NCBI GenBank assembly: GCA_043811535.1
Contig: JBDRNC010000035.1
Coordinates: 32,001 to 96,000 of the forward strand
Direction of reading: 5' to 3'
DNA length: 64,000 bases
Origin: Elusimicrobiota bacterium
GTDB taxonomy: Bacteria > Elusimicrobiota > Endomicrobiia > Endomicrobiales > JBDRNC01
The notes under the pieces were generated by a model. That model was not told the DNA's origin. It did no database searches and saw nothing but the letters and a program-made list of their open reading frames with translations. The position numbers and the translations under genes are program-made. Shown piece after piece: positions 19,462-29,173 of the stretch. Position 1 is the stretch's first letter, and the number at the start of each line of letters is the position of its first letter.

Positions 19462-20419
19462 GAAAAACGGGAAGTTCAGGGTTACTGTCATTGGCGGCGG
19501 CACCGGATTGTCAAGCCTGCTCAGGGGGCTGAAGAAGGCCGCTCTCAGCATAACGGCAATCGTAACGGTAAGCGACGACGGGGGGAGCTCCGGAGCTCTT
19601 AGAAGGGAGTTAGGTGTTCTTCCTCCCGGGGATATAAGGAACTGTCTTGTCGCGCTTTCGGAAGAAGAGAATCTCATGTCCAAACTTTTCCAGTACCGTT
19701 TTTCGGGCGGAGGGCCGCTTTCAGGCCATTCTTTCGGGAATTTGTTCCTCACGGCAATTTCGTCGGTAACGGGCGGATTTGATTGCGGCATCGAACGGTC
19801 AAGCAGGGTCCTGGCCGTAAGGGGAAGGGTCCTTCCGGTCACGCTGCGCTCAGTGCAGCTGGAAGCGAAATTGGAAAGCGGAAGGATAGTCAGAGGGGAA
19901 AGCAATATTACCAAGGCGAATTCTAGGATAGCTAATCTGACGATTTCACCGTCCGCGCCGCCCGCCGGGCCGAAAGTGCTCGAAGCCATCAGGGAATCGG
20001 ATGCGCTGATAGTCGGCCCAGGCTCGCTTTTCACTTCGATAGTGTCAAATTTTCTCGTGAGCGGCATGGCCCAAGCGATAAAAAAAGCTAAATGCCCTAA
20101 AATATACATATGCAACATAATGACCCAGCCCGGAGAAACGAACGGGTACGCGCTGTCCGACCATATGAACGTGCTTAAGCGGTACATCGGCGAGAATGTC
20201 TTTGATTTTGTGGTTACGAACAGCGGGAAGATTCCCAAAAAAATCGCCAAGAGGTATGAGGCTGAAAACTCATTTCCAGTAAAGACGGACGTTGCCGGAT
20301 ACGGAAGTTCGAAGGTAATAAAGGCCGATATCCTTTCAAGATACGAATACGCGCGGCACGACCCGGACAAGCTTGCGAAAGTAATATTAAAAATATTGGG
20401 CAAGAAACAAGCAAGTTAA
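19454..20419 (+). CDS. yvcK: YvcK/GlmR (CofD-like) UDP-GlcNAc-binding protein
   Basis: IGGGTGL, DDGGSSG.LR..LG.LPPGDIRN, GPGSLFTS, NIMTQPGET, RHDP. Confidence 0.93.
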   Translation: MRKKNGKFRVTVIGGGTGLSSLLRGLKKAALSITAIVTVSDDGGSSGALRRELGVLPPGDIRNCLVALSEEENLMSKLFQYRFSGGGPLSGHSFGNLFLTAISSVTGGFDCGIERSSRVLAVRGRVLPVTLRSVQLEAKLESGRIVRGESNITKANSRIANLTISPSAPPAGPKVLEAIRESDALIVGPGSLFTSIVSNFLVSGMAQAIKKAKCPKIYICNIMTQPGETNGYALSDHMNVLKRYIGENVFDFVVTNSGKIPKKIAKRYEAENSFPVKTDVAGYGSSKVIKADILSRYEYARHDPDKLAKVILKILGKKQAS

Positions 20420-20435
20420 AGAAGAAGGTGTTCTC

Positions 20436-20840
20436 ATGATAAAAATCGTTCTTATCACACACGGGAACCTTGGCAAGGAGCTGCTGCTTACGGCTGAAAA
20501 TATCCTGGGAAAACAGGACGAAACGCTGATCCTGGCGCTGGGCGCGGAGAGTCTCAACAGTCTTTGCGGACAGACTGAAGAGATCCTAAAACAGGTAAAC
20601 AATGAAGAGGGAGCGTTGATACTCACGGATATGCTGGGTGGAACTCCATGTAACGCCTGCCTGCCTTTCTGCGACAAGTACAACATAGAGATAATAAGCG
20701 GGATAAATCTTTACATGCTTTTATCGGCCTTTATGAACAGGTCCAAGATGCCCGTCAATGAGCTCGCTCAGAAGGTCATAAATGACGGGAAGAAAAACAT
20801 TGCGAACGCGAAAGAAATATTCTTACAGAGGTTGAAATAA
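20436..20840 (+). CDS. PTS mannose-family EIIA
   Basis: ITHG phospho-His, LTDMLGGTP.N, SGINL.ML. Confidence 0.9.
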   Translation: MIKIVLITHGNLGKELLLTAENILGKQDETLILALGAESLNSLCGQTEEILKQVNNEEGALILTDMLGGTPCNACLPFCDKYNIEIISGINLYMLLSAFMNRSKMPVNELAQKVINDGKKNIANAKEIFLQRLK

Positions 20841-21337
20841 TGAGTATAGTGCTAGCGCGTATAGATGACAGGCTAATTCACGGCCAGGTGGTTGAAGGAT
20901 GGCTGAAGACGATTCAGGCCGACCATATAGTCATCGTGTCGGATGACGTCGCGAAGGATAAGATGCAGCAGACGCTGATGGCGATGGCCGTTCCGAAAGA
21001 CATCAAGGTTAGCAGTCTGACTATTGAAGATGCCGCCTCGAAAATTATTGACGGTTCTTTTTCCAAGGACAGGCTGCTGCTGCTTTTTTCGTCCCCTAAG
21101 GATGTTAGGAGACTGCTGGATAAAGGCGTGAAACTGAGTTCGGTGAACGTAGGCGGCATGCATTTCAGCCCGGGCAAGAAACAGATACTGCCGACGATGT
21201 CGGTGGATAAGGAAGATGTAGAAGAATTGCTGGATATATGCGGGAGAGGGATTGAGCTGGAAGGCAGGGTCATACCTGTCGCGGAAAAGATAAATGTGTC
21301 TGTAATAATTGAAAAGGAGTTCGGTTCACCCCGTTAG
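20840..21337 (+). CDS. PTS mannose-family EIIB
   Basis: RIDDRLIHGQVV, VNVGGM. Confidence 0.93.
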   Translation: MSIVLARIDDRLIHGQVVEGWLKTIQADHIVIVSDDVAKDKMQQTLMAMAVPKDIKVSSLTIEDAASKIIDGSFSKDRLLLLFSSPKDVRRLLDKGVKLSSVNVGGMHFSPGKKQILPTMSVDKEDVEELLDICGRGIELEGRVIPVAEKINVSVIIEKEFGSPR

Positions 21338-21463
21338 AAATAGTATTTATATCGTTACAGAGTTATGATATTCTCGCAGATAGAGGTTGTTTAGGATTTA
21401 AGAAGATCAATCATTCTGTCCTGATTTCTAACGGGGCAAGCCGAAGGAAAACAAGCAAAAATC

Positions 21464-23545
21464 ATGAAAAAGATATACTTTTTGTTCGGCATACACAACC
21501 ACCAGCCTGTGGGAAATTTCCCTGAAGTGCTTGAGAAAGGCTACGCTGAATGTTATTGGCCGTTTATCGAAGTCCTGCGGCGCCACCCGAAAATTAAATG
21601 GTCGCTGCACTGCACCGGTATTTTATGGGACTTCTTCGCGGAAAAGCATCCGGAATACCTGGATGAGGTGAAGAAGATGGTGGATTCCGGCCAGGTAGAG
21701 CTCGTTACCGGCGGATATTACGAGCCAATAATGCCCGTGATACCAGACAGGGACAAGAGCGGGCAGATATCCAAGCACAGAAAATTCCTTAAAGAAACGT
21801 TTAACCGCGAAGCCAGGGGGATGTGGCTGGCGGAAAGGGTCTGGGAACCGCATCTATCTAAACCGCTTGCCGAAGCCGGCATTGAATATACAGTAGTTGA
21901 CGATACTCATTTCGCGGCCGCCGGAATGGATCCGGAGAAACTCCGCGGTTATTATGTGAGCGAAGAGCAGGGCGTAAAGCTCAATATATTCCCCATAAGC
22001 GAGCTTTTAAGATATTCCATACCGTTCCACACGGTTGAAAAGAACCTGGAGTATTTTCATTCATTCGCGCAGGAATCAGGAAATCCGGCCGTAGTGATGT
22101 TCGATGACGGGGAAAAATTCGGTTTGTGGCCCGAAACGAACAAACATTCCTATAAAGATAAGTGGCTCGAGAATTTCCTTTTAATGCTGGAGAATAACAA
22201 GGACTGGATCGAAACAATTACATTTTCGGAATACATGGATAAATTCAAGCCTGAGGGAAGGATATACCTGCCCGCAGCTTCCTATCTGGAAATGTCGGAA
22301 TGGGCGCTTCCGCCTGATTCACAGGAAGAGTTTGATAGGACCGTAAAACGTTTCAAAGACGATAACAGCGTCAAGAGATTCCTGCGCGGAGGTTTCTGGC
22401 GCAATTTCCTCACAAAATACGCCGAGTCCAACAATATGCACAAAAAGATGCTATATGTCAGCGATAAAGTAAACAGGCTGGCCGAAAATAATCCGGGGAA
22501 CGCGGCTATAGACAGCGCGAGGGATTCACTGTACGCCGGGCAGTGCAACTGCGCGTACTGGCACGGCGTGTTCGGCGGGCTTTATCTCCCGCATTTGAGA
22601 ACGGGCATCTACAGAAAACTTATCGAAGCGGAACTGTTCCTTAAAGAGGTCGAGCCAAAGGGCCAGCACGTACAGGAGATCGACTTTGACCGCGACGGCA
22701 GGAATGAGTTGATAATTGAAGACAGGCACCAGAATCTTTACATAGCCCCCGCTGAGGGCGGCTCGCTTTTTGAATGGGACATACTTCCGATGAAGATCAA
22801 TATCCTGAATGTATTGACGAGGAGAAAGGAAGCGTATCATCAGAAAATCAGGGATTCTGTCTCTAAACCGCAAAATCAGGACGGAAGCGTGAAAAGCATA
22901 CATGATATCGTAAAAGTAAAGGAACAGAACCTTGACAACTACCTTAATTACGATTGGTATCGGAAGGCCTCGCTGCTGGATCATTTCATTCACCCTTCGA
23001 CAAAATACAGCGATTTCATAAAGTGCAAGTACGGCGAGCAGGGCGATTTTGTGACTGGCGAATACACTCACGCGGTAAAGCAGAAAAAACTGACGCTTTA
23101 CAGGACTGGGACAGTATGGTGCAACGATAAACAATACAAAATCGGGATAGAAAAAGAGATTACGGTTCTGACTTCGGGTTTTTCCGTCAAATACACGCTG
23201 CGGAACCTGTCAAGCGAAAAAGCGCAGCTGATTTTTGCCCCGGAATTTAATTTTGCCTTTTCGGGAGTTAAAAACGAGGAAAACGGAGAGAAAAACGGAA
23301 TAAAGCATTGGTCTCTCAGGGATAAGCCGTTCGGATTTGATCTTTCAATGAAATTCGGAACCGAGTCGGATATATGGGTTTTCCCGCTGGAGACGGTATC
23401 GCTGTCAGAGTTCGGGTTTGAGCGCACATATCAGGGGACAACGCTTCTGAATGTTATAAAACTTGAGCTGTCTCCCACCGAGCCTAAAACCATAGATATT
23501 GAAATCAATGTTTCAAAAATAGGCTCTTCAAAAAGTAAGAGTTAA
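21464..23545 (+). CDS. GH57 alpha-amylase / 4-alpha-glucanotransferase
   Basis: HNHQPVGNF, GMWLAERVWEP (nucleophile), DDGEKFG.WP (acid/base), QCNCAYWHGVFGGLYLPHLR, C-terminal SLSE.GFERTYQG. Confidence 0.92.
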   Translation: MKKIYFLFGIHNHQPVGNFPEVLEKGYAECYWPFIEVLRRHPKIKWSLHCTGILWDFFAEKHPEYLDEVKKMVDSGQVELVTGGYYEPIMPVIPDRDKSGQISKHRKFLKETFNREARGMWLAERVWEPHLSKPLAEAGIEYTVVDDTHFAAAGMDPEKLRGYYVSEEQGVKLNIFPISELLRYSIPFHTVEKNLEYFHSFAQESGNPAVVMFDDGEKFGLWPETNKHSYKDKWLENFLLMLENNKDWIETITFSEYMDKFKPEGRIYLPAASYLEMSEWALPPDSQEEFDRTVKRFKDDNSVKRFLRGGFWRNFLTKYAESNNMHKKMLYVSDKVNRLAENNPGNAAIDSARDSLYAGQCNCAYWHGVFGGLYLPHLRTGIYRKLIEAELFLKEVEPKGQHVQEIDFDRDGRNELIIEDRHQNLYIAPAEGGSLFEWDILPMKINILNVLTRRKEAYHQKIRDSVSKPQNQDGSVKSIHDIVKVKEQNLDNYLNYDWYRKASLLDHFIHPSTKYSDFIKCKYGEQGDFVTGEYTHAVKQKKLTLYRTGTVWCNDKQYKIGIEKEITVLTSGFSVKYTLRNLSSEKAQLIFAPEFNFAFSGVKNEENGEKNGIKHWSLRDKPFGFDLSMKFGTESDIWVFPLETVSLSEFGFERTYQGTTLLNVIKLELSPTEPKTIDIEINVSKIGSSKSKS

Positions 23546-23550
23546 CGCTT

Positions 23551-24180
23551 ATGACAGAGATTATTGTAATAGCCGTGCTCGCGGCAATACTCGGTCTGGA
23601 CGTAAATGCCGTAGGAAGAATTATGGTGTCGCGGCCGATAATATGCGCTCCTTTGGTAGGATACATTTTGGGAGACGTCAAAAGCGGCTTGTGGATCGGA
23701 ATCATCATTGAACTTCTTTGGATAGGCGATATACCTCTGGGCGCCGCGATTCCTTATGACACGACGGTGTTGTCCGTTATCACGGCGTATTGGGGGATAG
23801 AAGCAGTGCCCGGCTATCCGGGCTCGATGATGCTTGCAATGGCCGTCGCTATACCGGCCATGGTGCTTCACAATAAACTTAAGATCAGTCTCAGATATCT
23901 GAACATAAGGATAGCTCACTGGGTGGAAACGGGAGTAATAAACAACAAAGAAGACAGGATCGCAAAGGGCATATTCATGGGGATCTTGTTCAATTTCCTT
24001 AAAAACCTGGTCTTTTACCTGGCAATTTTGTTCCCGGGGAAACTGTTGGTTAATCTTGTTTTTCAACAGCTGCCTTTTGACGTGGTCCGGATGCTGGAAA
24101 TCTCGATATGGCTTTTACCGCTTGCGGGAATCGGGATTGTACTGGTAAGTTTCCACGGCAAATTCCCGTGCCCCAAGTAA
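23551..24180 (+). CDS. PTS mannose-family EIIC (short form)
   Basis: MVSRPII.APLVGYILGD...G...ELLW....PLGAAIP.D; multi-TM. Confidence 0.85.
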   Translation: MTEIIVIAVLAAILGLDVNAVGRIMVSRPIICAPLVGYILGDVKSGLWIGIIIELLWIGDIPLGAAIPYDTTVLSVITAYWGIEAVPGYPGSMMLAMAVAIPAMVLHNKLKISLRYLNIRIAHWVETGVINNKEDRIAKGIFMGILFNFLKNLVFYLAILFPGKLLVNLVFQQLPFDVVRMLEISIWLLPLAGIGIVLVSFHGKFPCPK

Positions 24181-24187
24181 AACGCTT

Positions 24188-24949
24188 ATGATAAACAACA
24201 GAATATTCTTGTCCGTGTTCCTGAGGTCTTTCCTGCTGCAGGCTTTGTGGAACTTTGAGCGGCTGCAGAACGTAGGGTTCGCCTACGGGATTCTGCCCGT
24301 GCTCAGAAAAATATATCCTTCGGCGGAAGAGCGAAAAGAAGCGGTGCTGAGGCATATGAGTTTTTTCAACACTCATCCGTATATGGTAAATATGATTTTC
24401 GGCCTTGTTTCCGCGATGGAAGAGGACGCCTCAAAAGGGAAAATCCATAAAGACGAGATAACTAAAACTAAAAATAACATAGCCGGCCCGCTCGCGGCGA
24501 TAGGAGACTCATTTTTCTGGGCCACGTGGCTCCCTTTTGTCGTCATCCTGACGGTCAGCCTTATAATATTCTTCTGGGATAAGAGCAGTCCGCGCGGAAC
24601 GTTCGTACCGCTGATATTTTTTCTGACTATGTACAACCTGATCGCGCTCCCGTTCTGTTACTGGAGCCTTCTTATGAGCTTCAAACTGCAGAATAAAGTT
24701 ATAAAACTCATTGTCGGGATCGATTTCCAGAAATCCATGAACCTGATCCGCTTGCTGAGCAAGGCGATACTTACGGTCCTTTTGATATTTTATATCGCAA
24801 AATTTTCCGGCGGGGTGGGTGAAACAGCATTATTCATAATAGTGTTTTTGTCAGGCGCCGTTTTGGGGTGTTTGAGATGGTCGCCGATAGCCATATTCTA
24901 TCTGACTCTTCTGATAAGCCTTGCTGCCGTATTGACGGGGATAGCGTAA
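24188..24949 (+). CDS. PTS mannose-family EIID
   Basis: WNFERLQNVGF, RHMSFFNTHPY, GPLAAIGDSFFW. Confidence 0.92.
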   Translation: MINNRIFLSVFLRSFLLQALWNFERLQNVGFAYGILPVLRKIYPSAEERKEAVLRHMSFFNTHPYMVNMIFGLVSAMEEDASKGKIHKDEITKTKNNIAGPLAAIGDSFFWATWLPFVVILTVSLIIFFWDKSSPRGTFVPLIFFLTMYNLIALPFCYWSLLMSFKLQNKVIKLIVGIDFQKSMNLIRLLSKAILTVLLIFYIAKFSGGVGETALFIIVFLSGAVLGCLRWSPIAIFYLTLLISLAAVLTGIA

Positions 24950-24963
24950 AGATAAAATATAAA

Positions 24964-25230
24964 ATGCAAGAGAAAACCTTGACCATCAAGAATAAACTCG
25001 GACTGCACGCCAGACCTGCGGCGCAGTTCGTCCAGGCCGCTACAAAGTATAAATCGATTATCAAGCTGTTCAAAGACGACCAGGAAGTCGACGGGAAGAG
25101 CATTATGGGGATAATGACGCTCGCGGCGTGCATAGGTTCGCAGATAAAGCTGGTTATTGCGGGAGAAGATGAAGAGATGGCAATGAGCGAGCTGACGGAA
25201 ATGATAGAAAGCGGTTTCGGCGAAGATTGA
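24964..25230 (+). CDS. ptsH: Phosphocarrier HPr
   Basis: NKLGLHARPAA (His15) and DGKSIMG (Ser46); start at ATG 24964. Confidence 0.95.
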   Translation: MQEKTLTIKNKLGLHARPAAQFVQAATKYKSIIKLFKDDQEVDGKSIMGIMTLAACIGSQIKLVIAGEDEEMAMSELTEMIESGFGED

Positions 25231-25235
25231 AACTC

Positions 25236-25360
25236 TGCGGGCGCATGCCCGCATTTGAATAAGATGTTCACGTCAAGTTGAAATCCGCCGGAGTCCCGTT
25301 GTGTGGGACGCAGGTGGAATAGCAACAATGACCAATGAACAATTATCAATAATCAATAAA
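25236..25360. repeat. Intergenic hairpins plus a 7-bp-period array
   Basis: TGCGGGC-gcat-GCCCGCA (25236-25253); nested TCCGCC..GTCCCG ttgtg TGGGAC..GGTGGA (25284-25318); CAACAAT GACCAAT GAACAAT TATCAAT AATCAAT. Confidence 0.6.
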
Positions 25361-25398
25361 CGGTTAAATATTTAAACATATCGTCAAGGGGAAAAATT

Positions 25399-27177
25399 AT
25401 GACAGAAAAGACGGAAAAAACAGAAAAAAACACTACTTACATTCTGCAGGGTGTCGCGGCGTCTCCGGGTATAGCGATAGGAAAAGTATTCCTAATGGAA
25501 GATGAGGAGTTCTACCCCGTTCAAAGAGAAGTTCTAAAGGACGACACGAAAAAAGAGATAAACAAATTCCGCGAAGCGCTGAGCAAAACAAGGGCGGAGA
25601 TGTTGGCGACGCAGGAAAATATATATAAAATCCTGGGCAAGGAGTACGCAAGGCTCGCGGACGCCTACTTGCTGATTCTCGAAGATCCTATCATGACGCG
25701 TGATGTAGTAAAAAGGATAAGCGAAGGCATAAACGCGGAGTACGCGCTTTTTAAGGTATTGGAACGCGTTATCCGCTCGTTCGAAATGATAGATGACGAA
25801 TATTTCAGGGAAAGAAAACACGATATACAGGATGTTGGCAAAAAAATACTCAGGCACTTGATGGGGAAAGACAAAAGATCGATTTCTGAAGTCGCTTCTG
25901 AATGCATAGTAGTGGCGCACAATCTTTCTCCGGCCGATACTATCGCGATGAGGGAAAATCTAATTAAAGGTTTTGCAACAGATATAGGAGGACGCACGTC
26001 GCATACCGCCATAGTTGCCCAAAGCCTTGAAATACCTGCCGTAGTCGGGCTTAAGAATATCACGGGACAGATGCACGAAGGCGATATCGTGATCGTAGAC
26101 GGGAATCAAGGTCTGGTTGTCGTTAATCCGTCGCCCGAGATCATTGAGAATTACCGCAGGGAACAGGAAGTTATAGTGCTGGAGGGCAGGGAACTTGAGA
26201 AACTGCGGGACCTTCCCGCTCAGACGACGGACGGCCACAGAGTGACAATAGCGGCGAATATAGACAATCCCGAAGAAGTGAAATCAGTCCTGAAACACGG
26301 CGCTGAGGGAGTGGGGCTGTACCGCACGGAATTCCTGTATTTCAACAGGACCGAAATGCCCACGGAAGAAGAGCACTACCAGAACTACCTGAGGGCCGGG
26401 CAGAAACTGCTGCCGCACAGCGTTATCGTAAGGACCATGGACATAGGCGGGGATAAGCTTTCCCATCTCGGCTTTGAAGGTTTCAGCGAAGAGACAAATC
26501 CTTTCCTGGGGATGAGAGCCATACGCCTCTGCCTTAAGTACCCCGCGATATTCAAAACTCAGCTTCGCGGGATCCTGAGAGCGTCCGGCGACTGCAGGCT
26601 GAAGATAATGTACCCGATGGTTTCCAGTGTCCATGAGATCCTGGCCGCGAACAAAATTCTGGAAGAGTGCAAAGAGGAGCTCAGAAAAGAAGGTAAAAAG
26701 TTTGACGAGAATATTGAGGTTGGCGTGATGATAGAGGTTCCGTCGGCCGCGATAACTGCCGACTTGATAGCGAAAGAAACGGATTTTCTTTCCATCGGCA
26801 CCAATGATCTGATACAGTACACGCTTGCGGTTGACAGGGTGAACGAGAATGTGGCCGATCTTTACGAGCCGCTGCACCTGTCTATATTGCGCCTGATAAA
26901 AAATATTGTCGACGCCGGTCATCGTGCCGGGAAATGGGTGGGCATGTGCGGCGAAATGGCGTGCGACCCGACATTTACCATGTTACTGATAGGCCTTGGA
27001 TTGAACGAATTCAGCGTGTCTCCGGTCGCGGTTCCCAAGATCAAGAAGATCGCCCGCAGCGTTTCTTTGGTCGATTCAAAGGCCTTAGTTGAAGAGATAA
27101 TGGATTCTTCCAGCAAGGAAGAAATAATGAAAGCAATGAAAAGGTCCGAATTTAAAGGTTCGACTATATCAAACTGA
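25399..27177 (+). CDS. ptsI: PTS enzyme I
   Basis: GGRTSHTAIVA (phospho-His), GVGLYRTEFL, RTMDIGGDK, NPFLGMRAIR, SIGTNDLIQY, GMCGEMA. Confidence 0.97.
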   Translation: MTEKTEKTEKNTTYILQGVAASPGIAIGKVFLMEDEEFYPVQREVLKDDTKKEINKFREALSKTRAEMLATQENIYKILGKEYARLADAYLLILEDPIMTRDVVKRISEGINAEYALFKVLERVIRSFEMIDDEYFRERKHDIQDVGKKILRHLMGKDKRSISEVASECIVVAHNLSPADTIAMRENLIKGFATDIGGRTSHTAIVAQSLEIPAVVGLKNITGQMHEGDIVIVDGNQGLVVVNPSPEIIENYRREQEVIVLEGRELEKLRDLPAQTTDGHRVTIAANIDNPEEVKSVLKHGAEGVGLYRTEFLYFNRTEMPTEEEHYQNYLRAGQKLLPHSVIVRTMDIGGDKLSHLGFEGFSEETNPFLGMRAIRLCLKYPAIFKTQLRGILRASGDCRLKIMYPMVSSVHEILAANKILEECKEELRKEGKKFDENIEVGVMIEVPSAAITADLIAKETDFLSIGTNDLIQYTLAVDRVNENVADLYEPLHLSILRLIKNIVDAGHRAGKWVGMCGEMACDPTFTMLLIGLGLNEFSVSPVAVPKIKKIARSVSLVDSKALVEEIMDSSSKEEIMKAMKRSEFKGSTISN

Positions 27178-27182
27178 CTACA

Positions 27183-27324
27183 AGCCGGGTTTCACCTGCG
27201 CACCAGAATGCCCCGGGGCGTAAGCCCATAAGTTGCATGATTTGCCAGGCATTCGGTGCGGGGTTCCGCGCTCCGAATATCAGAAAGGGTTGATGACTGA
27301 GCGTAAGTTCGGGGAGCGCTTCAC
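27183..27324 (-). repeat. ~143-bp structured dispersed element, copy 2 (inverted)
   Basis: Reverse complement aligns to 16225-16368; carries a 10-bp direct repeat TTCACCTGCG at 27191 and 27320. Confidence 0.85.
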
Positions 27325-27377
27325 CTGCGTGGTTCTCATGCCTCAGGGTCAAATTCCGCTAACGTACAAAAAAAATC

Positions 27378-29171
27378 ATGGAAATTAAAAACATAAGGAA
27401 TTTCTGCATCATAGCGCACATCGACCACGGCAAAAGCACGCTTGCCGACAGGCTCCTGGAATTTACCGGCACGATATCCATGCGCGATATGCGCGACCAG
27501 ATACTTGACGGCATGGACCTTGAGCGCGAGCGCGGCATAACAATTAAGGCAAAAGCGGTCAGGATGGACTATACCGATGAGAACGGCAGCAAAATTATTC
27601 TGAACCTGATCGACACACCGGGTCACGTGGATTTTACCTATGAAGTGTCGAGGGCGATGGCCGCGTGCGAAGGGGCGCTTCTGGTAGTAGACGCTTCGCA
27701 GGGAGTGGAGGCGCAGACACTTGCGAATTATTATCTCGCGAAGAACGCGAATCTTAAGATTATCCCGGTAATAAACAAGATTGACCTGCCTACCGCGGAC
27801 ATCAACGGGACGAGAGACCAAATTCACGAGGCTCTTGAAAACGCCGACGAACCCATACTTGCAAGCGCGAAAGACGGCAAGGGGATAAAGGAAATAATAG
27901 ACACAATCATAAACACCGTACCGGTCCCGAAGGGCGAACCAGACGACCCTCTTGCGGCGCTGGTTTTTGATTCATACTACGACATCTACAGGGGCGTCGT
28001 GATAATCGTGCGGGTCATAGACGGCGAGATCAAGCCTCGCATGAAGATAATGATGCATTCCACGGGCGTTTTCTATGAAGTTCTGGAAGTCGGATTTTCG
28101 AAGATAAAAATGATTCCTTCGGCATCCCTGAAAGCCGGCGAGGTGGGATACATCGTTGCCGGCATCAAGAATATACATGACGTAAAAATCGGAGATACGA
28201 TCACCGACAAAGCAAGGCCGACTGTCAAGCCGCACGCTGGCTATAAGGAAATAAAGCCGTTCGTTTTTTCCGGCCTTTATCCGGTAAATTCCGGTGATTA
28301 CGATAACCTGAAAAACGCTCTAGAAAAACTGCATTTGTCGGATTCATCCCTTTATTATATCCCGGAAACATCCGTCGCGCTCGGATTCGGTTTCAGGTGC
28401 GGGTTTTTGGGATCGCTGCACCTGGAGATAGTTAAAGAAAGGCTTGAACGCGAATTCGGGCTTAATCTTTTGATAACGGCGCCGAACGTCGTGTACCGCG
28501 TAAGGACCGAAAGCGACAGCATTGAAGTTGATAATCCCGCGAAATTCCCGCTTTACGGGGACATAAGGCTCATAGAAGAGCCCTATGTCATGTCGACGAT
28601 AATCTGCCCGGGAGATTACATCGGCGCGGTTATGGACCTGTGTCAGAAGAAAAGGGGAAAACAGGTGCTTTTCCGTTTTCTTGACATGAAGCGGGCGATA
28701 GTCAAGTATGAGATGCCTTTGGCGGATGTAATCGTCGGTTTCTACGACGCCTTGAAATCAGTATCAAAGGGGTACGCTTCATTCGACTACGAACACATCG
28801 GGTACAGGGAGGGCGAGCTTGTCAAGCTGGAGATTATGATAAACCAGGAAGTCATTGACGCTTTTTCGCTTATCGTCCACAGGGATAACGCCCAGACTGT
28901 CGCGCATTTTCTCGCGGAAAAACTGAAAAGCATAATACCTAAGCAGATGTTCGAGATACCCATACAGGCAAAAGTCAACAACAAGGTCATAGCCAGGGAA
29001 AATATAGGAGCTCTGCGGAAAGATGTTCTGGCCAAATGTTACGGCGGCGATATAACCAGAAAACGAAAGCTGCTCGAGAAACAAAAGGAAGGAAAAAAGA
29101 AAATGAGGCAGTTCGGAAGAGTGGAAATTCCTCCGGAGGCCTTTGTGGCCGTATTAAAGATAGGAGAATAA
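27378..29171 (+). CDS. lepA: Elongation factor 4
   Basis: IRNFCIIAHIDHGKSTLADR, DTPGHVDF, GFRCGFLG.LH, KCYGGDITRKRKLL. Confidence 0.98.
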   Translation: MEIKNIRNFCIIAHIDHGKSTLADRLLEFTGTISMRDMRDQILDGMDLERERGITIKAKAVRMDYTDENGSKIILNLIDTPGHVDFTYEVSRAMAACEGALLVVDASQGVEAQTLANYYLAKNANLKIIPVINKIDLPTADINGTRDQIHEALENADEPILASAKDGKGIKEIIDTIINTVPVPKGEPDDPLAALVFDSYYDIYRGVVIIVRVIDGEIKPRMKIMMHSTGVFYEVLEVGFSKIKMIPSASLKAGEVGYIVAGIKNIHDVKIGDTITDKARPTVKPHAGYKEIKPFVFSGLYPVNSGDYDNLKNALEKLHLSDSSLYYIPETSVALGFGFRCGFLGSLHLEIVKERLEREFGLNLLITAPNVVYRVRTESDSIEVDNPAKFPLYGDIRLIEEPYVMSTIICPGDYIGAVMDLCQKKRGKQVLFRFLDMKRAIVKYEMPLADVIVGFYDALKSVSKGYASFDYEHIGYREGELVKLEIMINQEVIDAFSLIVHRDNAQTVAHFLAEKLKSIIPKQMFEIPIQAKVNNKVIARENIGALRKDVLAKCYGGDITRKRKLLEKQKEGKKKMRQFGRVEIPPEAFVAVLKIGE

Positions 29172-29173
29172 AA

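Noticed and set aside
19441..20403. Long minus-strand ORFs (e.g. 320 aa antisense to yvcK, 287 aa at 473-1336, 236 aa antisense to pyrG)
   Set aside because: Antisense shadows of well-conserved + strand genes with no recognisable motifs
25402..25428. TEK x3 (9-bp) repeat at the N-terminus of enzyme I
   Set aside because: Only three short units in a likely disordered tail; too weak to interpret
27178..27377. 6S RNA, SRP RNA or riboswitch upstream of lepA
   Set aside because: No recognisable conserved motifs of those families; an inverted homologue at 16.2 kb argues for a dispersed element
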